Shown here: positions 41,847 through 52,013 of the stretch, in pieces
Numbering within the stretch: position 1 is the stretch's first letter
Layout: each line of letters begins with the position of its first letter
Origin: Paramoeba atlantica
Taxonomy: Eukaryota; Protista; Discosea
Length of the DNA stretch: 64,000 nucleotides
NCBI GenBank assembly: GCA_977017575.1
Contig: CDRNVI010000044.1
Span: 496,001 to 560,000, forward strand
Direction: 5' to 3'
Program-made: the position numbers and the translations under genes
The notes under the pieces: generated by a model
Told to the model about the DNA's origin: nothing
The model's database searches: none
What the model saw: only the letters and a program-made list of their open reading frames with translations

Positions 41847-43628
41847 CTAGGAGGACTCTAAATACTTTCCTTCTTGTAAAAAAATTTCGATAGTGCTGGA
41901 GTCAAGTACGAGTGGTGTACGAAAACCATCCGGTTGCGAACGATAGGGCTGAATTCGATCGAAAGTTTCTTGGACATCCCTAGTGGCGAGTCGAGTACCA
42001 AGTGAACGTCCCCTGTAAGACCTTGCCTTAACTTGCCCTCGACGCCTTCCTTGTCTGGTAGACATGCCTGTTGGATTTCTTACATCTCTCCAGACAGGAG
42101 AATCCTCATCGTGCTGCACATCATCTCTTGTGTGGATAGCTCTAGGAAGTTCCGTCAGCTCGGGATCATTTAAAAGCGACTTCATCGAAGATCGCGGAGA
42201 ACTTCGAAGCTCGGTCATGTCGGACATTTTTTGCGGTGAGGATTCAGACTCGTCTACAATTATTACAGATCTGTCAGAGACTGTTATTTCCGAAATGTTG
42301 TCCTGCACTCGGGCACGTTTTGAATCAGGTGTCCGATCGGATGTGTGATTCGTTGTAATCTGAACACGATTCGCGAAAAAGCGAGACACTATTCGTACTG
42401 GAGGCTCTTGTGGTTGCTTTTTCAGAGTTTCTACTCCGAATGAATCACTGCTCTGGGGAGATGCGTTGTGGGAAGATATGTCGGGTAAGGGTTCTGTGCT
42501 GTTCGCATCAGAAGCGTCTTGAAAAGTCCCGACATCACGCGTATTATGGGTACGCACCGAAACGAATTCTGTAATTTGGCTTTGCTTCACTGGCTTACCC
42601 CCCATTTTGTAAGGAAGAAGTGTCCTAGGATCAATAGAAATATGAAAACACACCTGTAAAGCTATCTCAGGCCCGTGCAGCTCACCGATAATAGAGGAAT
42701 CAAACGGTTTATCAATTAAGTCTGCAAAGTTAAGCAGCATCCTTTTCACAGGATCAAAAACAATATGATGAGTGAAACAGTATAATGCTCGCTCGAACTC
42801 AACGGCGTATTTCTCTGCCCCTTCTTGGGTAACCTTGGGCTTCTTTTCATTCAAGAGCGACCCGGTAATTTCCTCAATGTTTCCAAAACTACTCACCATC
42901 TTGAGCGCCTTCTTTAACCCCACACCCGGGAGCGAAGGCAAATAATCACACCCGCTCAGGATACACATGCTCTGAAACTGCACCAGGGCAAAATCATCAC
43001 AATTTACCTCGTTTGCCAACCTCTTCCGCACTACACTGTGTCGCAGCTGCACCGCATTCCCCTCACGGTCCATTTTAAACCACACGCGCGGGGTGCCATA
43101 CACCAACAGGTCGCTGTCCTCTGTGATGACCACATCGACGTATCCATTGTTCGCCATGTAGGCTAATTGGGCGTCTGCCTCATAGGGGGCAACAATACAC
43201 TCTACTGCAAGGCTGCGCAGAGCCTGTATTACCTCATATGCCATTTCACTGGTCACATCGAGACCTTTGATAAAGTATGTGTAGGCCGTACCGTAATCTC
43301 CCGCAGCGTAGTGATTCAGTCCAGTATGTAAGTTACTCGCACGAGCGCGAGAACGACTTTCGTTCGTTTCTTTTTTCGATGGAAGGTCCGCCCCATCAAA
43401 CACAAAGATCGGTTTGCAGCCCTCTCGTAGCAGTCCTTGAGTTCGATTCAGAATGTATTGAATGTGTTTAGAGGTTTTCGCCCCGGTGGCAAGTTCAATG
43501 GAACAGGAACATATGGCGCGGTGGATCCAACAGTAGGCATCGATACCCACACGACAGTCTTTTAACTGAGAAATGTGGACAGGTTCCTCAACATCACGGA
43601 CGCTGCGGAGGAGAGATTTTATTCCCAT
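41847..43628 (-). CDS. EXO1: Exonuclease 1 (XPG/FEN1 family)
   Basis: MGIKSLL, DAYCWIHRA, VFDGADLPSK, APYEADAQ, TEDSDLLVYG and GCDYLPSLPGVGLKKA motifs. Confidence 0.95.
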   Translation of the reverse strand: MGIKSLLRSVRDVEEPVHISQLKDCRVGIDAYCWIHRAICSCSIELATGAKTSKHIQYILNRTQGLLREGCKPIFVFDGADLPSKKETNESRSRARASNLHTGLNHYAAGDYGTAYTYFIKGLDVTSEMAYEVIQALRSLAVECIVAPYEADAQLAYMANNGYVDVVITEDSDLLVYGTPRVWFKMDREGNAVQLRHSVVRKRLANEVNCDDFALVQFQSMCILSGCDYLPSLPGVGLKKALKMVSSFGNIEEITGSLLNEKKPKVTQEGAEKYAVEFERALYCFTHHIVFDPVKRMLLNFADLIDKPFDSSIIGELHGPEIALQVCFHISIDPRTLLPYKMGGKPVKQSQITEFVSVRTHNTRDVGTFQDASDANSTEPLPDISSHNASPQSSDSFGVETLKKQPQEPPVRIVSRFFANRVQITTNHTSDRTPDSKRARVQDNISEITVSDRSVIIVDESESSPQKMSDMTELRSSPRSSMKSLLNDPELTELPRAIHTRDDVQHDEDSPVWRDVRNPTGMSTRQGRRRGQVKARSYRGRSLGTRLATRDVQETFDRIQPYRSQPDGFRTPLVLDSSTIEIFLQEGKYLESS

Positions 43629-44012
43629 TTCTGATCCCGCGTAATGCCCTTTCCTACATTCCCGGTTGGTGAAAAATGATTGAAAAAAAGCACTACAGTC
43701 TAAGAGGGTGAATACGTCAAGAGTTCTTCCTTATGGCCCATTAAGCAAAACAATGAACCCACACATTCCTAAAAACTGTGAACCCAAAAAAATAATTGAG
43801 CCTACATTTCAGTATTTTTTTTGTAAGATCACAGTGAAAATTTTCTTTTATGGAACATAACAACATCACTACAAAGGTGTGGCGAAATGAATGCTAACGA
43901 ATGTGTGTGAACCCCACATACTGATTGAGTCCTACATACTCTTAATATACACGACCTCCCTAACTACGCTTTATAGTTTCTTAATAGAAAAAATATCACC
44001 TAAATCCATTCC

Positions 44013-44468
44013 CTAGTAAACTGCCATCACGTTACATTCTACCGTACGGTTCTCAGCGTAGCAAGTGGGATACACGTGAATGTTCGTCGTTCCCGAAACC
44101 CGAAGCTCACATCCCGAGTGCGTAAAGCGTAGCGCTTCGGGCTTTTCCATTTCCTCTGTCACGTTCGGAGAGGCACCTGTACATGGGGTAGCGGTATTTT
44201 CTACACAGTACTTTGCGCTGTGGTTGTAGAACGGACCGCAGGCGTGACACAGGCATCGATCTCTGTCGAGACCCGTGACAGTCCAGTTCACACAACCAGC
44301 GGCCCCACACATGTGCCGACACACGGTATTTCGAGCCTTCCATCTCTCTACCGGGGGGAAGTGAATATCGCCGTCCGTGACCTGAGCTTGTAGTAACGCA
44401 AGATCTGCAAGGTAGCAAATGGCGACAGTAAGAAACTGCGACGTAGAGAGCTTGTGAATTGAGAACAT
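44013..44468 (-). CDS. Cys-rich putative secreted protein, paralog A
   Basis: Hydrophobic N-terminus; CRHMCGAAGCVNWTVTGLDRDRCLCHACG domain shared with the adjacent paralog. Confidence 0.75.
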   Translation of the reverse strand: MFSIHKLSTSQFLTVAICYLADLALLQAQVTDGDIHFPPVERWKARNTVCRHMCGAAGCVNWTVTGLDRDRCLCHACGPFYNHSAKYCVENTATPCTGASPNVTEEMEKPEALRFTHSGCELRVSGTTNIHVYPTCYAENRTVECNVMAVY

Positions 44469-44844
44469 GATAAAGAGTGCGAGTGTAATCCTATTTTTTA
44501 ATTGTGTTTAATTCGCCTATTTTTCACCGTACGTACTATATTTTAGTAAGCAGTTGTAGGTAGGTAGCAATTAGCAAAAAAAGAAAATTGTTGTCTTCAA
44601 TTACTAGCACTTAGAAAACCTAGTTACAACCCTCCAAGCTACTCTTTTCCAGACTACTACCCCTTTCTGAAATAGTACGCTATCCTATACGATAAAACAT
44701 GATAGTACTAAAAATAAACGACGACCACTCACCCTACCTAAGTTCTCCGCTTTCCTTTCAAAACACACCTCCACCCTTCCCCAGTCCATATCACTTCTCC
44801 GCTTCCCCCCTAAAAAGAAGAGCTTACCCGTACCCCCCTCCCTC

Positions 44845-45378
44845 TCACCCCTCACACACCCCACACTCCGTGTCTCTTTGAAAGAACACGTACCGTGAGG
44901 TAATACACAGCGGCCGCACCGCCGCCTGGGCAATCCCCGTAATCCGGAGCTCACACCCCGCGTGGCTGAACCGCTCCTCCCGGGGCAGTGCCAGCTCCGC
45001 GGGCATCTCCGGGTTCGCCCCCTCCTCGCAGGGGGCGTTGCGCGCGACCGCGCAGTACCGCGCGTCCTCGTTGTGGAACTTGCCGCAACCGGTACACATG
45101 CACCGGTTGCGGTCCAGCCCGGTGACGGTGTGGTTGACACAGCCCCCGGCGCCGCAGAGCTTGCGGCAGGCGGCCTCGCGGGCCGCCCAGCGCTCCTCGG
45201 GGGAGAAGAGGTAGTCGGTTTGCCCGGAGGCGTGGGTCTCGCCGAGGGGGAGATGGGGGCTATGGGGATTAGGGTTAGGGGGATTAGGGGGGTGGGTGGC
45301 GTGGAGGAGGTTGTGGTGGGGGTAGGGGGAGAGGAGCAGAAGGAGAAGGGGAAGGAGGGAGAAGGGGAAGGGAGACAT
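44845..45378 (-). CDS. Cys-rich putative secreted protein, paralog B
   Basis: Signal-like LLPLLLLLL; CRKLCGAGGCVNHTVTGLDRNRCMCTGCG; same Cys skeleton as paralog A. Confidence 0.75.
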   Translation of the reverse strand: MSPFPFSLLPLLLLLLSPYPHHNLLHATHPPNPPNPNPHSPHLPLGETHASGQTDYLFSPEERWAAREAACRKLCGAGGCVNHTVTGLDRNRCMCTGCGKFHNEDARYCAVARNAPCEEGANPEMPAELALPREERFSHAGCELRITGIAQAAVRPLCITSRYVFFQRDTECGVCEG

Positions 45379-46110
45379 GGGGGTGGGGGAGAATTTGAGG
45401 GTGAGTGAGAATAGGAAAATCTATGAAGAATGAGAAAAAGAGGAAGGAGGGAAGGAAAGATATACCTTTTGGTTCGCTGGTGTGTTCGCTGGTTCAGTGA
45501 ACAAAATAGCGAACACAGCGATCCACTTAACGCGGCTCTTCAAAAGTTAACCTTCAAGATGGTCGAAAGCGTTACAGAAACAGTATCTCTATCTCTAAAA
45601 GGATTATTTGCTTGCATACATTAGTTTTCATCGCCCAACAGATTTTTAATATTTTTGGCCAGTTGAGTTTATCCTCGAGTCCTGGCAAAGAAATAAAAGA
45701 ACGGTGAAGATACATTTAAAACGTTGTTACAGGATAACAGACCCACCGGTACGTTCTCTTGTTACAGGTATGTTAACTTTTATGGCACTCAGTTCTTGAG
45801 TGCTCATGTTGATAAAATAATGATCAGTACTACACACGTAAAAAAATCTTAATTAAAAAAAATTGACCCCTAAACTCGAAAATCCAGAGGGGGGGTATGT
45901 TATCCACCCCTGTTCACGATAACATCCCCCGTGTTATCGTGTTACAGGTACGTTATCCCGGGCCCCCGTTTAACCCAGGCTAAAGTGGACGAGGGAGATA
46001 CTAAAGGCACCCTTGGAAAACCACCACAAAACTGGAACGGTATCTCCCAGTTTGTAGAACATTCTGATGTGACTTTGGGCACAAATCACTCCAAAAAAAA
46101 CGTAGGTCTC

Positions 46111-46192
46111 GGGACTGGAGCTCAGGTGGTCCAGTTGGTAATACCAGCCGTTCATGATCTGGTGGTCGCAGGTTCGACTCCCGGCGGTTACA
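46111..46192 (+). tRNA. tRNA-like sequence (CAT anticodon), probably a pseudogene or SINE head
   Basis: GGGACTG/CGGTTAC acceptor (6 of 7 pairs including GU); A-box-like AGCTCAGGTGGT plus a second TGGTCCAGTTGGT; TTCATGA loop; B-box GGTTCGACTCC; poor D, anticodon and T stems. Confidence 0.4.
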
Positions 46193-46331
46193 TTTTCAGC
46201 CTTACGCGACGTTAGTGGGAAGCTATTTGCGAAGCCGAAGGGGCGGGGGTATGGTGAGGGCCCGCGTGAGCGGGCCTGAACCATACGCTGTGTTGTTCAA
46301 CGATTCGTTAGTGAGAAACAATTTGCGAAGT

Positions 46332-46987
46332 GGTGTATTATCATATCCAAAGCACCAAATTATCATACCCAGGACACCAAAAGGTTTGGGATTTTCATAT
46401 ACAATGCACCAAAAGTCAAATTTTGGAATTTGACTCCTATTTTTTGTACTCGATTTTTTACTCCATGACAAAATGTAGACATGTCGATGAAGGAGATGGG
46501 CGTATTATCCAATAAATGTTCGAGGCGGGAGCCACGAGATGTGAGATCGGCACGGCTATCGGGAAATCCCATAGCACGGTTAGCCATGAGCTGGCCTGCA
46601 ATAAAAAACGGGATCGGCGGTACGAGGCCAGTGGCGCTCATAGACTCCAAACGACGCTTGGAAAACAAGACTGTGCGCCCTCAGATGATCTCTGGACCCG
46701 TGGAGCGCCACATAAAGAAAACTTGTATGAACGGAAGAGCCGATTCCTCGTTCTGCGTGTTGCACAATCCAAACATGCCGAAGAAGTGGCGAACCAAATT
46801 ATCAAGGGACTAAGAAGTATAAAGTTTTCACTATCACAATGGAACGAAATTTTCGAAGCACGAAAGAGTAAATGAAAAGCTGGGCTTCAAATCATGAAAA
46901 TATCTGACACTGAAAAGGCCTCATTTTTCACGTTTTTGGTGCACTGGATATTCGAAAATGTTGGTGCACGGGATCTGATAATCCAGG
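46332..46987 (+). mobile_element. IS30-family element, copy 2, internally deleted
   Basis: Same CATATCCA...CACCAA repeats (three degenerate copies left, two right), ending GATAATCCAGG. ORF 46516 joins the HTH (MFEAGATRCEIGTAIGKSHSTVS) directly to ERKSRFLVLRV; highly similar DNA to copy 1. Confidence 0.88.
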
Positions 46988-47062
46988 CATCTAGAATTAG
47001 GCCTTCGTACTCCTTCCACCCCAAAAGACAACGAATCAAGAGCTCGAAACACTCACGTTATA

Positions 47063-47277
47063 TTCCCGCGGGTATTCCTAAAACGTCTTTTATATCCCAA
47101 GGGCATAAAACGTCGCTGTAGAAAAAGCGGTGTTTGTTGGTAAACGGGACTCCTGGATTATCATATCCAGTGCACCAAAAGCGTGAAACCACCGCTTTTT
47201 CACGAAGCAACTACTACAGCGACGTTTTATGCCCTTGGGTTATACTGTAAAAGCCGTTTTATGGATACCCGCGGGAA
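47063..47277. mobile_element. 215-bp foldback MITE (TA target duplication) containing a solo IS30 terminus at 47152-47181
   Basis: Arms TTCCCGCGGGTAT/ATACCCGCGGGAA, CCCAAGGGCATAAAACGTCGCTGTAG/CTACAGCGACGTTTTATGCCCTTGGG and AAAAAGCGGTG/CACCGCTTTTT; central CCTGGATTATCATATCCAGTGCACCAAAAG. Confidence 0.8.
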
Positions 47278-47280
47278 TAC

Positions 47281-48145
47281 AGTCTAGGCATTGGTTTCCC
47301 CCCCAGGCTCCAGAGCTTTCGCATTCTCCATAGCTCACACAGGGCGTGTGAGTTTTTTGACTCTTCCATTGAGAATACTCATTCAGGTATCCGTGATTCC
47401 TGCTCATCATTCCTTAAAGACTGTAAGATTCTGTATGTAGCACTAAACAAATTTTCTGACTTAAATGGGAAACCGACGGCAACGCATGTTACTGAAACTT
47501 TGGAACAGTTGTTTGAGGACTCAGAAGGAATAGGACCTGAGGGACTTAAAGAATCGCTCAAACATCACATGGCTCGGCTCTCCAAGAATCACAACATGGA
47601 ATTCTGGAAAGATATCGTTTGGTTCGACCCCATTTTTATTTCCGAATTTGGTCGTCCTTACAATATGAAGTGTATTAGCGCCGAGAGGGCGAACAACCTT
47701 TTCGATCGAGGTTTGGGATCTCTCAGTGATCAAAACAAAATATTTTCAATTACCGATATAGAGTGGCCAACATACGTCACCGGCACTGACTTTGAATGGA
47801 ATCCACCCATACACCACAACGAGTACGATTACTGGTGCACTGCTGGCGATAGACTCTTTCCATCTGTTGCTTTCGCCGCCAGTCACTACGTTTGGACCCC
47901 GCCCCTTGTAACGAAATGTGGTTCATGGCTCTCCATCTTGGCATACATGTATAACCCTCGCCAATCAAGACTTCCTCCCCGCGTTATTGCTCATCGAATT
48001 TTTTTTGCGAGGAAACCTGGACAAGATGAAGCGAATGACGCAGAGTCCGAATATTGAATGCGAGTTATCCGAAGGCGATTTTGATCTGCTGGAAAGTGGC
48101 GATTCAGATGAAGAGCAAGAAAGTGAAAAGTGCTTATATCCGTGA
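47281..48145 (+). pseudogene. Unknown ORF cut at its 5' end by the MITE; probably mobile-element derived
   Basis: The frame is stop-free from 47251 to 48057 and shifts into an acidic tail ending at 48145; Trp/Tyr-rich; antisense to the host polycistron. Confidence 0.4.
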
Positions 48146-48899
48146 ACGTTGTGTGCTATACGTTGTATTTTCATTTCGTTTGAAACACTTTCGTCCGTTA
48201 ACAATTTTGATATTGAAGGCTATAAATTTTTCGAAACGTTTACGTGAGTTTTTTTCCGTGATCTCCTTGTGTTCGTCTTGTTTTTCCCCTTTGTAAACGT
48301 AATGTATCTACATAATTTCTTCGACGTTTGCTCCTAGCTCTTCTTTTGTGATAATCAGCTTCGGAGGGGTAAATACGTTAACACATTTCGTGAAAACCCT
48401 CTTGGTTGGAGCTAAAACAACCTCATAAATCGCCTTTTCACTTTCAACCTCCGAGGGGTTCGCAATTCGAGCTTTTAGTTCAGCATTACTCTCAATTCCA
48501 GTCATTGACAAGACAAAAAGATACGGAAAGCGAAATAACAAACTAAAGATGTTCAAAAATAGTCTTACTTCTATCTACAACAAGGTCTACAATATGAACA
48601 CTCCATACACATCGTATATACGAAGTGAAAATTCTTTTTTATTCAAATTGTGCTCTACTCTCCATCCAAAAACTAGCATTTCCTTGCCTCTCCAAGCCAA
48701 AAGCAAACCGCTGTCTCGCGCGGTCTCGTGTGCCACGACCCGCAGCCCCTCAAGTGGTAGGATTTTGTGACAAGTAGCGTACCTGGATAAGTAAGGGGGG
48801 GGTAACGGTAACAAAAAAGGCGAAGATAGTATCCTCGGCCTATGGCCTGCGCTCAACGGCGGAAAGGGCAAAGGTCTGTAAACTCAAGAAGTCGGGATG

Positions 48900-49110
48900 T
48901 AAATCTTCTCGGAGCAGAAAGATATGAAGCTCCAGTACATGTAGTTCGTACAGTGTAGATCGTCAGCCACATAAGTATTTGCGACTGTCAACGGTTTGGT
49001 CACGTTGCGAAAGAATGTCGCGCTCGGACCTATGGCTTCAGATGCAGGGACAACTTAGGACACAAAGGTAACGATGCGAAGTGTCCTAAGATCTGACAAA
49101 GATTGGTGGG
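48900..49110 (+). pseudogene. Degenerate gag-like CCHC zinc-knuckle region of a non-LTR retrotransposon ORF1
   Basis: Not in the ORF track. My own translation from 48980 reads CDCQRFGHVAKECRARTYGFRCRDNLGHKGNDAKCPKI*, like the non-LTR ORF1 CxxCQRFGHxxxxC...CxxC...H...C double knuckle. Confidence 0.55.
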
Positions 49111-49399
49111 AAGGGGGTGGTAAGATGTAAGAACTTGTTCTAAGTAACTCAATTAGATGAGTGCAAAAAACAAGATATCACACAGAGTAAGTCAGGATCC
49201 ATCGACGATATAGAGTGTCATTTAAAAATCAATAAACGAGAAAAAACTGAATTCTTTTTTTCGATCCAATACTGAGATGCTGTAAAGAAAAAGACCTGTT
49301 CTTTTAAAAATTTGAAAAACTCGTTTTCACACCCATTTTATGCCCATTTTACGCTCGCCGAATTAACCTTAGCAAGCGAGTTAAGAAGATACTCACCGT

Positions 49400-49562
49400 G
49401 TCTCCATCAATATGCATACACCTGGAAACTACGTGCACCCCCGTACAACGTAATATCACATGACACGTAACTCTTTGAGAGCTCTCGAATGCGCTATTAT
49501 TTTCCAAAATTGGCCTAGTTATAAGAATTTTGACCCTCCCCCTATATTTTCGTGCACCCCCT
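49400..49562. mobile_element. Orphan Tc1-type right end; direct-repeat paralog of 50583-50724
   Basis: GAGAGCTCTCGAATGCGCTATTATTTTCCAAAATTG...GTGCACCCCC shares the subterminal block of the Tc1 TIRs at 58.5 and 59.5 kb. Confidence 0.7.
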
Positions 49563-50582
49563 ATGCATAGGGTGTGTACGTTCAAAATGTAAATGTGTTA
49601 AAGACCCTTCAGTCCCCTCAAAAAAGGAAAAATAAGTAAAATAAAGTTTTTTTTAAAAAAATAAAGTTACTATAAAGTACTTTATTTAAAATTTTAAAGT
49701 TTCCGCGAACCCTGAAGAATTCGATAAAATCATCAAAAGAAAGGCCTTTGACTCCCGCATTTGAATCGAGACACCTATTTACCCTATTCAGGTGAGCTAT
49801 TCTCACCAAAGTATTTAATCGACTTAAAAAGAACTAAATGTTAAGAAATCCCCCTAAAGAAGGTCAAAAACTCTCTAAGGAAGGTCATCTGGACGAACGG
49901 AGGCGAACCGACCCAATCCCATTGAACTTAAAGGCGATTTCTACTATGCGTTTTTTTCAAAGCTAGCTCCAAACTTTTCATTTTCAAGAAAAATGTGCAT
50001 TCCCATATTACGCGTCGTAGTCCTAGAGCACAGTTCTGGCTCTGATAAGTAAACTCTTTCTGGAAGACACCCTCGTAGTCTTGATAGTTTACCGTATTTT
50101 TAAATTGTTTAAAAAATTAAAAAAATCATGATTTTTCAACGTGCAAAATTCTGCAGTTTTTTGAAAAAAATACCTCTTTTTTGTGAATTTATCGACGTTT
50201 TTCATCCTAATACAGTACTATGTCCCAGAAAAGGTCATATTCGAATAATAAAAAGGTGCAGAAACGGAGTAGATTTTGTTATTCGCCTCGTGGGCAACTT
50301 AAAGCATCTCACAGGATACTCTTGGTTAAACAAATCTCGATTCCGATATGGACGAGCATAAAAACTCGCTTTGTCCAACGAATCGTGAAGATTTGAGACG
50401 ACCGATCGCTTCTGGGGTCGAAAAATTAAAAAGGGCGCAATACGATGTATTTTTGAGGACTTTAAAGAGTGTTCCAACGCTTGTGAAAATTGTGTTGGAG
50501 AAAAAAGGTGGAAATTGTGGATACTAACTTTTTTTTACCAGAAAAAAAACTTGCAGTTGCCCTTTTCACTGTATTCAGGAGA

Positions 50583-50724
50583 ATGCATATACCTGGAAAC
50601 TACGTAAAACGTAATATCACATGACACGTAACTCTGTGAGAGATCTCGAATGCGCTATTATTTTGCAAAATTGGCCGAATTATAAGAATTTTGACCCCCG
50701 CTCATATTTTTGTGCACCCCCCTG
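50583..50724. mobile_element. Orphan Tc1-type right end ending GTGCACCCCCCTG|TA
   Basis: Near-copy of 49400-49562 with an intact CCCCTG|TA terminus. Confidence 0.7.
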
Positions 50725-51064
50725 TATGTTTTATATACTGTACCCCCCTGCTTATAACAGCCTCGACCCCTCCCCCCTTTATAGGTTCTTTTTTTGGAAA
50801 ATCGAGGAAGATTTTTTCAATTTTCTTGCACCTGTTAAATATTTTGATATTTTCAAATGGTTCTTCGAGGTATGGCGCGGGGTCGTGCTGGACATTTTGC
50901 ATTGGCAGAGCTCCGGATCCCACTTAGAGATTGAATAATTCCTGGTTCCTCGCTCCCAATTGCAGGGCGATTTCTGTGCCAACCTTTAATCTTCCATCGC
51001 CCTCCCCCCTTTATAGGTTCATTTGGGAAAAAGCGAGGCTATTATAAACAGGGGGGGTACAGTA
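50685..51064 (+). repeat. Left arm of a ~380-bp near-perfect inverted repeat (contains MITE M1a, 50738-51062)
   Basis: Reverse complement of 53360-53737; the identical shadow ORFs 50702/53499 and 50779/53440 confirm near identity. Confidence 0.95.
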
Positions 51065-51079
51065 GTATATTTTCTAGTA

Positions 51080-51395
51080 CTATCCCCCCATTTAATAGGG
51101 CTACGTGTGACCCCCCCTCTTAATAGGGCCATTTTGTCTGGAAGATCAAAAGAGAATTTTAGGGAAGGTGGCAAAAAATTGTCCAATGCGCCGCGAAGCG
51201 GTGGATTTTTTTCCATACAATCTACCTTAACAATCAAAAGTGCATCAAAAGGGAATAGGACCTTGTATCACAACGATAAAAAAAGGCTCCGCGAAGCGGC
51301 GCCTATTTTATTCTTTCGCATTATTTTCCATGTCCCCCCCCCCTTTAATAGGGCCTTTTGACCAAAATCGGAGTCCTATTAAATAGGGGGGCTAG
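51080..51395. mobile_element. MITE M2 (316 bp, TA target duplication)
   Basis: TA|CTATCCCCCCATTTAATAGGG ... CCTATTAAATAGGGGGGCTAG|TA; three internal CCCCCC..TAATAGGGC repeats. Confidence 0.75.
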
Positions 51396-52013
51396 TACTT
51401 TAAAGAATTGCAAATCGCATTGGGGGCTCTCTGTCGATGGGGTAGTACCCTTTGTATCTATTTTGTCTCTAGAGATCGATGAAGATAATTCTCGAGCTCC
51501 CCAAAGGGACTACCTGTAGACTTTCCATTTCAACAGCGGCGAAAATCTGTACAAAAATTCGTGCCAAAAAATACCGCGCCGCTTTGCGGCGCTGTTCTGA
51601 ACGATGAGTTAAAATTGCGCTTACGTGGCCGGGTCAAACGGTTGCGCATAAGTAGGGGGGGTATGCGAATTTTGCTTTAATTTCACCAAATTCGATCAAC
51701 GAACCTCTTGCTATGATTGAATCACTCTTAGAGATGTACTTTGCACTTTCTATTTTAATTATTATTGAGTCTAAACTTATCTTTTCCATAGCTTCTATTT
51801 GTGGAGCATAATTATGAGCATAGATCATCATAAACACATTTTTTTCGTATGATGTTATGTGTTCTCTTCGTATAACTAATATTTTGTTTTATTGCATAAC
51901 AACTAACTTTTTTTCTTTACAATGATATGCATTGTACTAGTTTGCATACGTTTTCCATTTTATCAACTACTGTAGGTTGAAAAGAAGAAGGTTGAAAAGA
52001 AGGATCGACTAGG

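Noticed and set aside
44685-45140. 151-aa ORF and the antisense 44962-45408 ORF
   Set aside because: Alternative frames of the GC-rich Cys-rich paralog B.
47590-47640. FWKDIVWFD as a Tc1 first-Asp motif
   Set aside because: No following DE, MVW or DN/SPDLNPIE motifs in the frame.
49600-50580. Possible coding relic between the two orphan Tc1 ends
   Set aside because: All frames are heavily interrupted and no motif was recognised.
50691-50982. Short ORFs duplicated at 53440-53746
   Set aside because: Chance frames within MITE M1; useful only as proof of repeat identity.
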